Positions 13,071-27,529 of a DNA stretch of 64,000 bases are shown here, piece after piece; positions within the stretch are counted from its first letter, which is position 1, and the number at the start of each line of letters is the position of its first letter. Below the pieces are notes generated by a model. It was not told the origin of the DNA. It worked only from the letters and a program-made list of their open reading frames with translations, and ran no database searches. Origin of the DNA: Eledone cirrhosa (lineage: Eukaryota); contig OZ024741.1 in NCBI GenBank assembly GCA_964016885.1, positions 57,784,001-57,848,000 of the forward strand. The letters run 5' to 3'. Made by a program: the position numbers and the translations under genes.

Positions 13071-15128
13071 CATCATCATCATCATCATCATCAACGTTTA
13101 ACGTCCGTGTTCCACGCTTGCATGGGTTTGGACGGGGGTTTTCCCACTTGAGGCAAGAGTGATTGTCTTGCTTGCATAGGACTGTCTGGCAGGTTTTCTA
13201 CAGTTGGATGCCCTTCCTAACACCAACCACATTTACAGTGTGGGTCTGGGAGGTTTTTACCGTGTTGTCTACACGGCCACATTACAGCGTGGACTGTGTG
13301 TTTTTTTGTCGTGACACCTACACGATCTTATTTGTTTCGGCCTGGATGGTGTGGCACCAACATAACTTTACATAGAAGGGGGCGGTGTGGATGGGGTGGG
13401 GGTGGTGGGACGGTGGTGTATTTTGTTAGAGTTGCCTACTGACTGTAGTAGGCTTTACTTTGTATTTAGGTAAGGCGGGTCTTCTCTATTACTGAGTACC
13501 GCCAAAGGTCTCGGTCCAGTGACATTGTCTTGGTGAGGTGTAAGTGTGTGAGGTCGGAGTTTATCAGCTCGTCCCAGGTTTTTCTGGGTCTGCCTATTCC
13601 GTGGCTACCGTCTATCTTTATTGCCCTGCACTTTGTTATACAGCTATCGTCCTTCATGCGCATCACGTGACCATACCAACGTAGCCTTCTCTCTAGTAAA
13701 CAACATCTGATCCCTCTTATTTCTAATTTTTTCCTTAGTTCGTTTATGCTTTGTCGTTCACGTATATTACTATTACACATCCAGCGGAGCATGCAAGCTT
13801 CGTTTCTCTCTAGTCTGCGTATATCCTCTGCACACAATGCCCAGGTCTCACTGCCATGCAACATTGCTGTTCGTATGCAGGCATCGTACAGCCTGCCTTT
13901 CATTTTTAGGGAGAACCCTTTAGCGGCTAATAGTGGTATAAGCTCTCTGAACTTTTCCCACCCAGTTCTGACTCTAGCTACTGTACTTTCAGAGCACCCT
14001 CCCCCACTGCTGATTTTGTCACCCAGGTAACGGAAGCTGTCCACTATTTCTATAGAACCCTCTGCGCAGTTGAAAGAGCTAGTATTTTGTGGGCACTTGC
14101 TGCTACTTATTGCCCCAGAACACCGGCCACATGTAAAATCTATGTTCTTAGTTAGCTTACCTGTGATCCCACTACATCTTTTATGCACCCAAACTTTGTA
14201 TTTGGGACACAAAATGGAATTTCTACCTACGCCTTTCCTACACTCTGCGCATGGCCACTTCCCGGAGGGGACCGCCGCCTTATTTTCTTTCTTACAAACT
14301 AGAACTTTAGTCTTAGCCAGGTTAATTTTAAGGCCTTTTGATTCTAGGCCGTGCTTCCATGTTTGGAATTTCTTCTCTAGCTCGGCCATTGATTCAGCTA
14401 TGAGCGTTAGATCATCTGCGTATAGGAGTTCCCATGGGCAGCCGGTCTTGAACTCCACTGTTATAGCCTGGAGGGCAATAATAAATAGTAGGGGGCTAAG
14501 AACAGAGCCCTGATGAACACCAACTTTTACACTAAACTCTTCACTATATTCGTTGTTAATTCTAACCTTGCTGACTGTTTCTATATACAAGGCTTGTATA
14601 GCTCTCACAAGCCATTCATCAACACCTAGTTTTCTAAGAGCCCACCAGATAATGGAACGGGGGACTCTGTCGAAGGCCTTCTCCAAGTCGACGAAAGCTA
14701 AGTATAGGGGTTTACTTTTAGCTAGGTACTTCTCCTGTAGTTATCGTACAATGAAAAGAGCGTCTGTGGTACTTTTTCCTGACACAAACCCGAAATGCAT
14801 TTCATCTAGATCAATTCGCTCTCTGATTAGTTGCGCTATTACTTTTTCCGTGACCTTCATGACCTGGTCGATTAATTTAATGCCTCTATAGTTATCTAGG
14901 GCATCTCCTTTACCCTTATAACAGTTAACGATAATGCTGCTACGCCAGACCTTCGGAACAACCCCATTCTGTATGACTTGGTTGACTATCCGGGTGACCA
15001 TGGTGTGTCCCACCGTACCAGATGCCTTCAGCATCTCGGCAACTATTTCTGAAGGCCCAGCTGCCTTGCCTGTCTTCATATCTTTGATTGCCTTACTTAT
15101 TATACTACCCTTGACTAACACTGCTGGT
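13071..15128 (-). mobile_element. 5'-truncated RTE subfamily B copy (RT, PHD finger, C-terminus)
   Basis: ORFs 14741-15250 and 13466-14686 are homologous to the 1039-aa ORF (YADD, CAEC..CPKY..HKRC..CGRC). Distinct 3' UTR, (GAT)n tail. Confidence 0.9.
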
Positions 15129-15137
15129 ATGTATATA

Positions 15138-15197
<60 letters not shown>

Positions 15198-15220
15198 CAT
15201 ACATACATATATACATACAT

Positions 15221-16280
15221 ATCAAAAAGTCTGGCATGGAGTTCCGACAAGTTTATGACATCATACCTTGAGGTATATCTCTATGCAATACAAAAACAAG
15301 AACTCCCTACCAAATATCTGCTGCACAAAAGAGGAGAGCCATCAGCTGACAATAAATGTAGGCTATGTAAAACAAAGATCGAAGATGTAAGCCACATTGT
15401 TGCCAGCTGCGAAAGAATGTCATCTCGCTACTACCTCTCCATGAGACACGATGGGATAGCTAGAACCATCTGGAACGCACTTCGGAAAACAAAATTAATA
15501 ACAAATGAGGAAGAATATATTGAGACAGATGGCACTAAAGAATACTGGTGGAACCTGAAAATAAAAACTGCCACCAAATTAAAGCACAACTGGCCTAATA
15601 TTGTTGTTTGGGGCCACACATTGAAAATGTGTTCTGTTGTGGAGATCAGCTGCCCACTTGATGTAAACGTTGTCAGAAAAATACAGGAGAAGGAGGACAT
15701 CTACGGACCACTGATGAGGAGTTTACACATCCAATATCTAAGATACACCTTTAGCTTCATACCCATCATTATTGGAGCTACGGCTTATATACCAACCCGA
15801 TTGGACCAATGTATAACTGATCTTGGATTTGCGGACAAAGAGCACAGTTAAAAGAAAGAGATAATACATACATACATACGCACATGATGGCTGCAAACTT
15901 TACTAAGAGTATTACAATCGCTTGTCAGATTATAGAGTTCAGTGCACTTTTAGGCTATGGCTAGACACATGAACCTGTAACAGATCCTGAACAAACAATG
16001 TCTGTGCTTTCAAGGTTTTTTAAGTGGGGAAAGGCCTTGCATACATACATACATTTTATATACCAACTCGTTTGGACCAAAGTATGACTGATCTTGGATT
16101 TGTGGACAAAGAGCGCAGCTCCCTAATTCATAGACTACAAATAGCTGTGATATATGGCACCTTCAAAATTTGCAAAACATTCTAACAATTCAAGGGATGA
16201 CAATTTCTTTTCTTTTTATAGCCTTGACACCAGGAAGGTGGCTGGTAAAAAATACACTCAAAATTAAGAGAAAGAGAACA
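15221..16280 (+). mobile_element. R4/Dong-like RLE non-LTR retrotransposon, two 3' fragments
   Basis: CRLC..HIVASC zinc knuckle, RHD, and a PD-(D/E)XK-like region WPNIVV..VEISCP.D..EKEDIY. 15787-15848 is repeated at 16058-16119; both pieces end in AGAAAGAGA. Confidence 0.75.
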
Positions 16281-17232
16281 TCATTATCATCATCACCATT
16301 TTACGTCCATTTTTCCATGCTAGCAACATACATGCATGCATAGTTGCATACATGTGTGTGTGTGGGAAGTATATGCCTCTATCCTTGCTTATGTTTACCA
16401 GTATAAACAGCAGTGTAAAGTTGTTCTTTTATGCAAAACAAAACAAAAGAAAAACAACCCAGGTTTGATGTGATTATATAACCATTGAAAGTGTTGTCCA
16501 GTTATGCCACTCCACAATGATAATGACACAATATGTGTTATTCAGGATGAGTTCTACACTGTATTTGAGTAGGTAGATTTATACAGTGATCAAATTACAA
16601 AGGACAGTAAAGTCTAAATTATTTAGGAAATAATACCAAGTTAAAACATAATGGGAATTTGTTTAAAACATTCTTTGTGCCAACACCAACATTTCTGATT
16701 ATACACCATCCCTTAAAATCAATAACTGATCTTGTATCTATATCAGAAATCAATAATATATTGAAATGATTGAAATGAAAGACGATGAATTGAAAGGATT
16801 AGTAGAATGACATTTAAAGGGTAGCTTATTCTGGTGCAGCCACACCTGTGTTTTAATTACAATGAAGTATAATAATTAACTTAATTGATTAGTAATACTA
16901 TATTAAACATTGTTCTATAGATCCATCCATTTCCAATATATATTCTTTTAACCTATTGTTCCTTTGCTCTTTTACTGGTTTTAGTCATCAGACAATGGCC
17001 ATGCTGGGGCACCACTATGAAAGTATTTAATTAATCATTTCTACACCAGTACATATTTTTTTTCAAATCTGATTCTTATTCTATTGATCTTTATTTCTAA
17101 GTTACAGCATATAAAGTCAGTCACAAACATAAACATTCCTACATACATTCATACATACATACATATGTATGTAAGTATGTATGTATGTATGTATGTATGT
17201 ATGTATGTATGTATGTATGTATGTATGTATGT

Positions 17233-18245
17233 TATGTCGGGTCACTCTTGAGTGCTACTGGTAACATGTAACCCAGTACAACCTGTCGCATGGTCGGGTC
17301 GTCGGCGACTAAACCGGCAACCCCACCAAGTTTACTTGGTGAGGAGGGTGATTTTGGACACCCTGCAGGACAAAAAACAAAACCTGACAAAGGGCAGAAG
17401 AACTCATAAGAGTCAACGCCATCCAAAAGTGTGTAAATATGTATATACACATGTACCGCACGGTTAAACCACTGGGAGTGAAGGACCCCTAGCATTTGTT
17501 AGGGCATTCTTCTAGGAGACGGCAACTCAGGAAACTGGGATAACTCCGATATAAAACCTGCGGCTCAGTAGTTACCGATGATGCTGATCTTTTCTTCTTT
17601 TCGGGTTATAGCTACTGTCAGTCAGAGAGTGGGATTGGCTCAGTGCACAGTCTTTCCTCACTTTAAAAAATATCTTCACGCACAAGCATTGCATGATAGA
17701 ATTAATTAATAATTATTAATAATGGTATATCTTGCAATAGCCATACTCGATAATGAGGGGGCAGCCATCATGTATGTATGTATGTCAGGTCACTCTTCAG
17801 AGCTACTGGTAACATGTAAACCAGTACAACCTGTGCATGGTTGGGTCGTTGGTGACAAAATTGGCAACTCCACCAAGCCAAGCTTGGTGAGGAGGGGAAT
17901 TTTGGACACCCAGCAAGATGCAAAACAAAACCTGTCAAAGGGTGGAGGAACTCAGGAGAGTCAACAGCCATCTAATAAATCTTTTTTTTTCTGGAGTGTA
18001 GACCCCTAGGTCTCATTAAGACATCTCTCTAGGAGAAGGTCACTCTGATATAAAACCAGTGACTTCATTGGCATCTAATGATGTAGATCCGTTCTTCTCT
18101 TTGGGTATTTGATATTCAGAGAGTGTTATTGGCCCCGTGCAAAACCTTTCCTCACTTAAAAATACTTCAAGTACAGGCATTGCTTGATATGTGACATTTT
18201 TTGCAATGCATGGTATTGCTGGCCATAGGCAAGTCCCTAGCAGGA
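17233..18245 (+). mobile_element. Cluster of three non-autonomous RTE-derived retroposon pieces separated by (TATG)n
   Basis: 17233-17420 and 17783-18245 share the same head. 17455-17785 matches the reverse complement of 12676-13022 and ends in the BovB-like tail motif. Confidence 0.7.
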
Positions 18246-18787
18246 CTAAAAAAACCTGCATCTGTGATGCTCTTGCTTAAGTATCAAGTGATGTTCATAC
18301 TATAGCAAGCATTAAACTAATATATAATATCATTGTACTGTTTGCAGAAATAAATAAATAAAAATGAAACCAAAGAGGAGACACAGAGGAAGCAAGAATA
18401 GATATTAAGAATGTCACAGATTGTATGATGAAAGAGGTTTAACAATTAAATAACCATTTGGCTTCTAAACTAACTGAGGAATGGATTATTTACCCAACTA
18501 ATAATAAAACTGAATTGAAACTTAAGTGGTGTGTGTATTTTTATTAGCAGCATGTGCCCCACTGCCCAGTATAATAATATTTGTTTCAACACATGGCTTC
18601 ACATCAAGAATCTTGCAAAACAAATCAAAGATGAAGTTATATATCAAATAGAAAGTTATTTGTCACTAATATATTTTGACATCTCAATAAAAAGATAAGC
18701 ATCAATTTAGACAAGCATTTAAACATAGTTTAACTTATGCCAAAATTTCCATCAGAGGAACACAAACTAGACAAATTATTATATATA

Positions 18788-20317
18788 TCATCACCAGTTA
18801 GTGTCCATTTTTCCACACTAGCATGGGTCAGACAAGCCGTCCTGTTGTGAGACAAGCCAGCTCGAAGGACCATGTTTTGCTCACACAACCAATTTTGACT
18901 TGGTGTCTATGGCTGGATGCCCTTCCTAATGTCAAGTTTGTACTGGGTGCTTTTTGTCATGAAACCTACATGACCACTTTATAGTGTGGACTGGGTGCTT
19001 TCTATCATGACACCTACACGACCACTTTACAGTGTGGGCTAAGGATTTTGGTGAGGTGTGTGTGTGAGGATTGATGAGGTGGGTATAGGGTGTGTGTAAG
19101 GGGTGGAGTGTTAGGATGTGGTAGGTGTATGGAAGTGGTGGATGGAGGTGAAGATGGTGCATACTAAATATATACTTCAGCCTGTCCTCATAGGAGGTGT
19201 ATGGAAGAGTGGGTGGGGTGGAAGTGAGGGTGGTGCATACTATATGTATGCTTCAGCTTCAGCCTGTGCTTATGGGAAGCCAAGTCTTCAGTATTACAGC
19301 ATAACGCCAGAGATCTCGGTCCTCTGTCATCGCCTTCATCCTAAGTCTTCCTAGTCCTGCCTACTCCATAAGTTCCATCAACTTTGAGCACTCTGCACTT
19401 TTTTATGCAGCTGTCATCCTTCATACGCATCTCATGTCTGTACCAACGTTATCTCGTCTCTTACACACTGCATCTGATCTTCCCTGCTTCCTATGCTCAG
19501 TTTTTTTCTCAGTTCTTTTATGCTTTGCCATTTACTTATTACATATCCATCAAAGCATGCACGCTTCATTTCTTTCCAATTTTCGCCCATCCTCTGCACA
19601 CAGCACCTAGGTCTCACTGCCATGCAGCATTACCTTATACAATCTGCCCTTCATTTTGAGGGAAAGCCTTTTACAGCTAGCTGTGCTAGTAGCTCCCTGA
19701 ACTTCTTCCATCCTGTTCTCATTCTGTACTTTTGGCACATCCACCTCCACTGCTAATTTGGTTATCTAGGTAGCAGAAGTTGTCTACTGCTTCTACTGAA
19801 CCTTCCCAGAATGTGATAGTGCTGGTTTCCCATAATCGTTTGCTGCTTATTGCTCTGGTGCAATGATCACATGTAAAACCTACATTCTTAGCTAAACTAC
19901 CTGAGACCCCACTACATCTCTTGTGTACCCATAGTTTGTATTTGGGACAGAGGATGAAATGTTTACCTACACCTTTCCTACACACTGAACAAGGCCATTT
20001 CCCTGTGGGACCAGGGCTCTGTTTTCCCTTCTACTTACTAGGACCTTAGTCTTTGTCAAGTTGACTTTAAGACACTTTGTTTCTAGGCCATGCTTTCAGG
20101 TTTGGAATTTGTTCTCTAATTCTGCCATAGATTCAGCTATTTGTGGAAGATCATCCACATACAGGAGTTCCTGTGGACAGCCAGTTTTAAACTCCTCTCT
20201 TATACCTTGCAAAACAATAATAAACAGGAGAGTGCTAAGAACAGAGCCCTGGTGAATGCCAACTTGCATACTAAATTACTCACTATAGTCATTGTTAATC
20301 CTAACTTTGTTGACTGC
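18788..20317 (-). mobile_element. Older degraded RTE (PHD-type) copy
   Basis: Broken RT and PHD translations (CRKGVG..CPKY..HKRC..CDHC); homologous 3' UTR. Confidence 0.85.
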
Positions 20318-21460
20318 ATATATATATTTTTATATAAATCTTCACCCACAAGGCATTGGTCATCTAGAGTATACTGTATTAGACACTTCACTTTGCCTTG
20401 TATCCTGAACCCAAGACTATGTGGTTGTGAAGCAAACTTCTTACCCACTCAGCCATGTTTGTTGTGGCAGTATAGAAGAAAAAAGCAAACAAACAAAACA
20501 ATCAAGAGATTTCCTATTTTAGATCAATGGTTTGTAAAAATGTCAACTCTTACATAAAAGATGGAGGAAAAAAATAACTACAATATATTTCTGATACTTT
20601 CAAAGATATCAGGAGTGCTAAAGGTTTGTGAAAATTGTTTTGTTCATCTTCTTTTATTGCGATTCGATTAGCAATGATATTTATTCATAAGCACGCAATT
20701 AGTCACATTAATTTGTTTATCACCATGATATCTTCTAGCAAATATTATTATTGAAAATTCATATGGCTAATTAATTACTCTCATTCTTTAATTTAATTAA
20801 TTAATGATTCAGTTTCTAGCTGAGTGAATATTTACATTTGATAGCTCCATGTAAAATTATTTTTTTAAAGCTTCTTTTAGCTGTTGTTTACAATGATAGA
20901 TACATCATGCTACTTCCGTTGTGAAAATAGGAGCTAATATTTCTATCACTACAGCTGTAGTAACATGAAACTGTTTAGCCACATGTGTATATATAATCTA
21001 TTTATTGATTTATCCTAATTATCTACCAATCTGTCAGCCCCACCACACCACACACACATATGTGTGTGTGTGTGGTGGTGGTTGTGGAGTGTGTGTGTGT
21101 GTGTGTGTATGTGTGTGTGTGCCTTTATCTCTATCTTATTACTGGGCTTTCTCATTTTCTATGTTTCTATTCAAACATCATTCCCATCACATGTGTTAAA
21201 AGAAATATAAAATATTTTGCATACAATCATTACCTTTGGAGAATCCTTATACATATATATATATATATATATATAATATAAGATCAAAAGATGGTTTAAA
21301 GAGTTCCATGTATTTTATTATGCACATTTCAAAAACAAATATCATCATGGGATGATATCTGCGTTCTCACCAGATAAAATAGGGAGACATGATAGGAAGC
21401 TTAAAAAACACTTGCGAGCAGTGAAGTGTTAAATCAACATATTGTGGTGTGTGTGTGTGT

Positions 21461-21516
<56 letters not shown>

Positions 21517-21984
21517 TAAAAGAGAAAACACAGGTAAGCATTAAGAGAAGGATTTTATCCATCTATTTATGACCGTTTCATTGGTAAGTGCAACCTTGTA
21601 TTGCTATACTGCAAATAGCAGCCACTCAATTATAATTGTTGTTCACAGTCCAAATTTTCAAAATAGTAAGTTACTCTTGAAATAATTCTTAATATAAAGA
21701 GAAAAACATTTATTTGGAATTGTATTTACTAGTATAGAGAGAGAGGAATCAGAAGGTGAGGGGACAGACGGCTTAGTATAGAGAGAGAGGAAGGGGGAAG
21801 AGGTAGGAAGTAGAGTGTCAAACTGAGATGGAGGGAGGGGTAGAGGTGGAAGCATTCCTTGGTCAGTTTTGATAGCAGACTTCATGTAGTTGAATGTAGT
21901 GAGTTAAAGTGAGTTAAATTGATCATAGTGGGAGGGATGGATAGAGAGGGGGAGAGAGAGGGGGGGGGGGGAGATATAAAGAGA

Positions 21985-22552
21985 TATTACATGTTATCCA
22001 TGTGCAACCTGCAGTATTCTTCTCCCCATTTTTTCACATATATTTACCTAAACTGCGATTCTGTTTTTCTCTCTCTCTCTCTCTTACTGCTCCCTCGTTC
22101 TCTCTGTTTCTCCTACTTTCTTTCGCCCCCTCTGTCATGTCAGTTAACTCTTCCTCACACTTCCACTCACTCACTCACTCACTGTTTCTCCTCTTCTCAC
22201 TTCACCCCGTTCGCGACGAAAACATTTTCTCTCTTTCTCACATTTGAATTCGTTCCCGAAAGGTCTTTTTTCTAAGCGCTCATATATTCACCTAGCTTAT
22301 GCTAACAGAATAACTATGAAGCTTGTTCCCTTCCTTCTACGGTTAGCTCTCCTCTTTGTTGTTATCTTGTCTCACACGCTTTACGCGTTTTAATTGTCCT
22401 AATAACTTAATTTAGTTATTATTGCACCGATGTGAGGTATATGATTTTTAATGCAATGAAATATCTATGATCGTCGGCAAATCACTGATGAGGGACTTAT
22501 TTTATTACATGTTATCCATGTGCAACCTGCAGTATTCTTCTCCCCATTTTTT

Positions 22553-22560
<8 letters not shown>
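21985..22560 (+). repeat. Penelope-like pseudo-LTR with ~55-bp terminal direct repeat
   Basis: TATTACATGTTATCCATGTGCAACCTGCAG...CACATATAT at ~21985 and ~22503; partial hammerhead core CTGATGAG at ~22485. Confidence 0.55.
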
Positions 22561-22587
<27 letters not shown>

Positions 22588-24180
22588 AAGATAAAGATAA
22601 TAATGACAAAAATAAAAGCAAAGAAAGGGGTGAGAAAGAAGAAAAGAAAAGATAGCCAAGAAGAGGAGGGAAGGAAGGAAGAAAACGAAGAAATAGAAGA
22701 GGAATGAGGGAAAAGAGGGGGATATATGTATTGGTTTTGTGGGTAATTAAAGGGTTTAGATACAACAAGAGGGTATAAAGTCTAAGTATATGCAGTTTGT
22801 CAGTTGGTAGTAAGAGGTTAAGGTTCGATTTGTAGTGCGAAAACTTCTCTTTGAGTCTATGGTTACAATAAATTGATCGCTCGATTTTATTGTTGAGTAA
22901 CCTATTCTTCGAACTTAAGATGTGGAACAGCTCAAGGTCGCATAATCGACAGCTTCTCATACCACTCCGATATGGGGGCGCGTTCGATCATTTTTTCCAC
23001 TTCAGGGTGTATTGATGGTTACTTTCCCTCAGTTGCCAGGTCTTGTTTGCAAGGGTAGTTACATAACGGTGCTGGGAATGTTTCATTGCGTAACGGTGTG
23101 TATACCAACGGGCTTTAAATGTATTCCCAGTCGCTCCGATGTAATACCATTTCTGGTTGTCTGATTCCACTGTGCATTGGTAAACCAGGTTAGACTGCAT
23201 ACATTCATTATGTAATGGACAGGTTTCAGGCAGGTGGCAGTTACAGTTCTTGTCATGGGCAACTTTGGCATTATTTGTGGGCTGCGATGCCTGTACAAGT
23301 GTGTTACGTTTTGTTTGCCTATTAGCGGGTGGTTGTGTATTAGATATTCTGTTGTGTTCGGTGGTAATTGTATTGTTATTGTTGTAAATTTGTGTTTTAG
23401 TGTTGTTATGTATCTTTTTAGCGTTAAGCATCTTAATGTGTGCCTCTATATTTGGTGCCGTGGAGTAAGATAGTCTAATAGATTTAGTGTTAAGGATTTT
23501 GCTGTATCCATGTGAATCTGGAAAGTGCTTATTTATTATTCTAAAGAAGGTAGAGGATAGGTTAGTACTAATAGGGGTTATACCAAATATATTTTCTACT
23601 GCGTGACTTGTTTGATTTCGATGTTGTATTTCTATTTGCCGTATACTTTGCAGTTCTATGCGTAAGTGTGTGTGTGCGTGTGTTACCGGAGTTTGTGTTA
23701 TGCGTGTTCGTGTGCGCTTCACGGAGGCTTTCATCTATATATTCTACTCTATCTAAGTGGCCTGCCTTGTCTAATGCTTAGTGGTTAGAGCATTGGCCTT
23801 GCAATCGAAAGGTTGTGAGTTCAATTCTCAGACCGGGTGATGTGTTGTTTCCTTGAGCAAGACACTTTATTTCACATTGCTCCAGTTTACTCAACTGTAG
23901 AAATGAGATTATAGGGACTGGGGTCCCTATCATTCCACTGTAAAGTGGTCGTGGAGCTGCCATGGCAAAAAAGCACCCAACACTCATTGTAAATGAGGTT
24001 GGTGTTAGGAAGGGCATCCAGCTGTAGAAATCAAGCCAGAATCAGTTCCCGTCCCACTCTTGCAAGCAGGGAAAAGTGGACGTAAAATTGAAATGATAAA
24101 TGATGATATATACTTCGTTTTTGAATTTGTTTTGCTAGATTTCTTATCTGAAAACGTGTGTTGAAACAGATATTGTTATA
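22560..24180 (-). mobile_element. Penelope-like element fragment with GIY-YIG endonuclease, interrupted by a SINE
   Basis: ORF 22988-23734 contains CNC..CPL..C..NLVYQC..YYIGATGNTFKARWYTH. It continues after a frameshift as CRLCDLE..LLN..CNH. No RT seen. Confidence 0.85.
23776..24107 (+). mobile_element. CORE-type SINE (head slightly truncated)
   Basis: Near-identical to 10831-11166. Confidence 0.85.
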
Positions 24181-24485
24181 CTTTGGGAGGGTCATGTTGC
24201 CAATAAAAACACATGCACTTGTTGGTTTCACTTCAATTTATTATAAATTTCTGGTTGATTGGTTTGTTCGATAACCGGATGGTTGTTTATATATTATCAA
24301 AGCTTTTCCTCACACATTCTGGTGTAGGACAGAACAAAGGAGGGACACAAAATAAAAATCCAGTCAATGAGGATGTCACAGAATGTGTGACGAAAGAGCT
24401 TTGACAATATATAAACAACCATCGGGTTTATAACAGGTGCATGTGTTTTTATTGGCATCATGATCCTCCCAAAGTATAACAATAT
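24170..24485. mobile_element. MITE/foldback with ~100-bp imperfect TIRs
   Basis: ATATTGTTATACTTTGGGAGG...CACACATTCTG pairs with CAGAATGTGTG...CCTCCCAAAGTATAACAATAT; ~50 extra bp in the left arm. Confidence 0.75.
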
Positions 24486-24615
24486 GTATATATAATATAT
24501 ATATATATATATATATCATCATCATTTAAAGTCCATCTTCCATGCTAGCATAGGTTATATATATATATATAATTTATTTATGTTCATACACAGCTTATAC
24601 ATATATTCATACGTG

Positions 24616-24688
<73 letters not shown>

Positions 24689-25011
24689 AAGGTGGCAAAC
24701 TAGCAGGGTTGCTAGGGTGTCAGATTAAAAGTGTTTTGGTATTTGTTCCAGCTTACTGTGCTCAGTGTTCAAATCATGCCACAGTCAACTTTGCCGTTCA
24801 TCCTTTTGAGTTAATAAAGTACCAGTTTAGTACTGGAAGTTGATTCTTCCTTGCTCTCTCTCTCTCTCTCTGGAGGAATTCAGTTGTGTTTTCACCTAGA
24901 GCATGATCGGCTCTGCTAGGGGTTAAATGTACCAAGACAGCACCCTCCCTCCAACTCCACTAGGAGTTAAAAGGCCTTTTTTTATGTGTGAGTGTATATA
25001 TATCCAAATCA

Positions 25012-25418
<407 letters not shown>

Positions 25419-25435
25419 GTATATATATATATATA

Positions 25436-26345
25436 TAGAGTCAGAACTGGATGGAAAAAGTTCAGAGAGCTTATACCACTATTAGCCGCTAAAGGGTTCT
25501 CCCTAAAAATGAAAGGCAGGTTGTATGATGCCTGCATACGAACAGCAATGTTGCATGGCAGTGAGACCTGGGCATTGTGTGCAGAGGATATACGCAGACT
25601 GGAGAGGAACGAAGCTTGCATGCTCCGCTGGATGTGTAATAGTAATATACGTGAACGGCAAAGCATAAACAAACTAAGGGAAAAATTAGAAATAAGAGGG
25701 ATTAGATGTTGTTTACTCGAGAGAAGGCTACGTTGGTATGGTCACGTGATGCGCATGAAAGACGACAGCTGTATAAAAAGTGCAGGGCAATAAAAATAGA
25801 CGGTAGCCACGGAGTAGGCAGACCCAGAAAAACCTGGGACGACTTGATAAATTCCGACCTCACACACTTACACCTCTCCAAGACAATGTCACTGGACCGA
25901 GAGCTTTGGCGCTACACAGTAATAGAGAAGACCTGCCTTACCTAAGTACAAAGTGAAACCTACTACAGCCAGTAGGCACCTCTAACAAAATACACCCCCG
26001 TCCCACTACCCCCACCCCATCCACACCACCCCTTTCAATGTAAAGTTATGTTGGTACCACAACATCCAGCCCGAAACAAATGAGGTCGTGTAGGTGTCAC
26101 GACAAAAAAACACACAGTCCACGCTGTAATATGGCCGTATAGGTAACACGGTAAAAACCTCCCAGTTCCACACTGTAAATGTGGTTGGTGTTAGGAAGGG
26201 CATCCAGCCGTAGAAAACCCGCCAGACAGTCCTATGCGAGCAAGACAACCACTCTTGCCTCAAGTGGGAAAACTCCCGTCCAAACCCATGCAAGCGTGGA
26301 ATATGGACGTTAAACGATGATGATGATGATGATGATGATGATGAT
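25436..26345 (+). mobile_element. 5'-truncated RTE subfamily B copy
   Basis: Near-identical to the reverse complement of 13071-13977; ends in (GAT)n. Confidence 0.9.
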
Positions 26346-26860
26346 ATATATATATTTACAGAGATAAATCAAATTAAATTTCGTTTGTGTGAATCAGGTG
26401 TGGAAACAAAATAAATATGGAAGATTGCTTACCAAAATATTTTTCTCAATGTGTTCCTTGAAAGGTGTATGGTAATAATCCAATTAAAGTGGTTATGGCA
26501 CAGTTTCCAACCAGAAGATCAGAGTATTTATAGCAGTAATAAGTATAGTACCAGGAATGTAGGCAAAAAGAATTGGTTAAAAGGATAACATTTATTGTGA
26601 GTTTGTTCCTTAACATATGTTTCTGTACAATATAAGTACTGACAGCATATTCCTGTGCTCAATCACAAGCATTATGTAAAAATATTGCACTTCATCAGAA
26701 AGAGTAAAATGTTTATCGTACAAGGTGTAGTTGCTCATTGGTGTTTTCATATCAAAGGGTAGCATAACATTTTCGGAGTAAATGATTCTTATTGCAAAAA
26801 TGCTGCAACATCAAATTAAATAAGTCAAATATAAAGATCCAAAGATATCTTTGGACCTTT

Positions 26861-26986
<126 letters not shown>

Positions 26987-27529
26987 TGCAAATAAAATCA
27001 CAGGTTAGTGTTTCTGAAGAAGACGGCCAATTGAGCAAGGATTTCGTGATTAGAAATAGGTAGTAACTTAACCACTAACATGCTAGTTGATACATCAATC
27101 TCCCACAATCAATTGACCCTCTGAAGTGATTGTAAAACAATGAACTAACTAGCTACTTACGTCAGACTTCTGTCTTTTTTTTCATTGTTCTATGCACACA
27201 CACACACACACTCATATATATATATATGAAGGACATCCAGTCATAGAAAGCTTGCCAAACAAAGGGTTGGGAAGATCTTTAAGTTGTGTCAAAGACATGA
27301 CAACTTCTTTTATGCACTCAATAGAATGTGAGACCATACACAAGCAACACATATATATGTACAGATTAACGTTTAAGCAAAGATCGCTGCTTTCATCCTT
27401 TCACCGCAAAATGTACATATGATAAATATTTGCTCTATGGGTTTATATATATATATATATATAATCCTTATTGAGCCCTCTCCAGATTTTAGTCTTCACA
27501 TTTATTATTACTATTTTTTTTTTTTTGCA

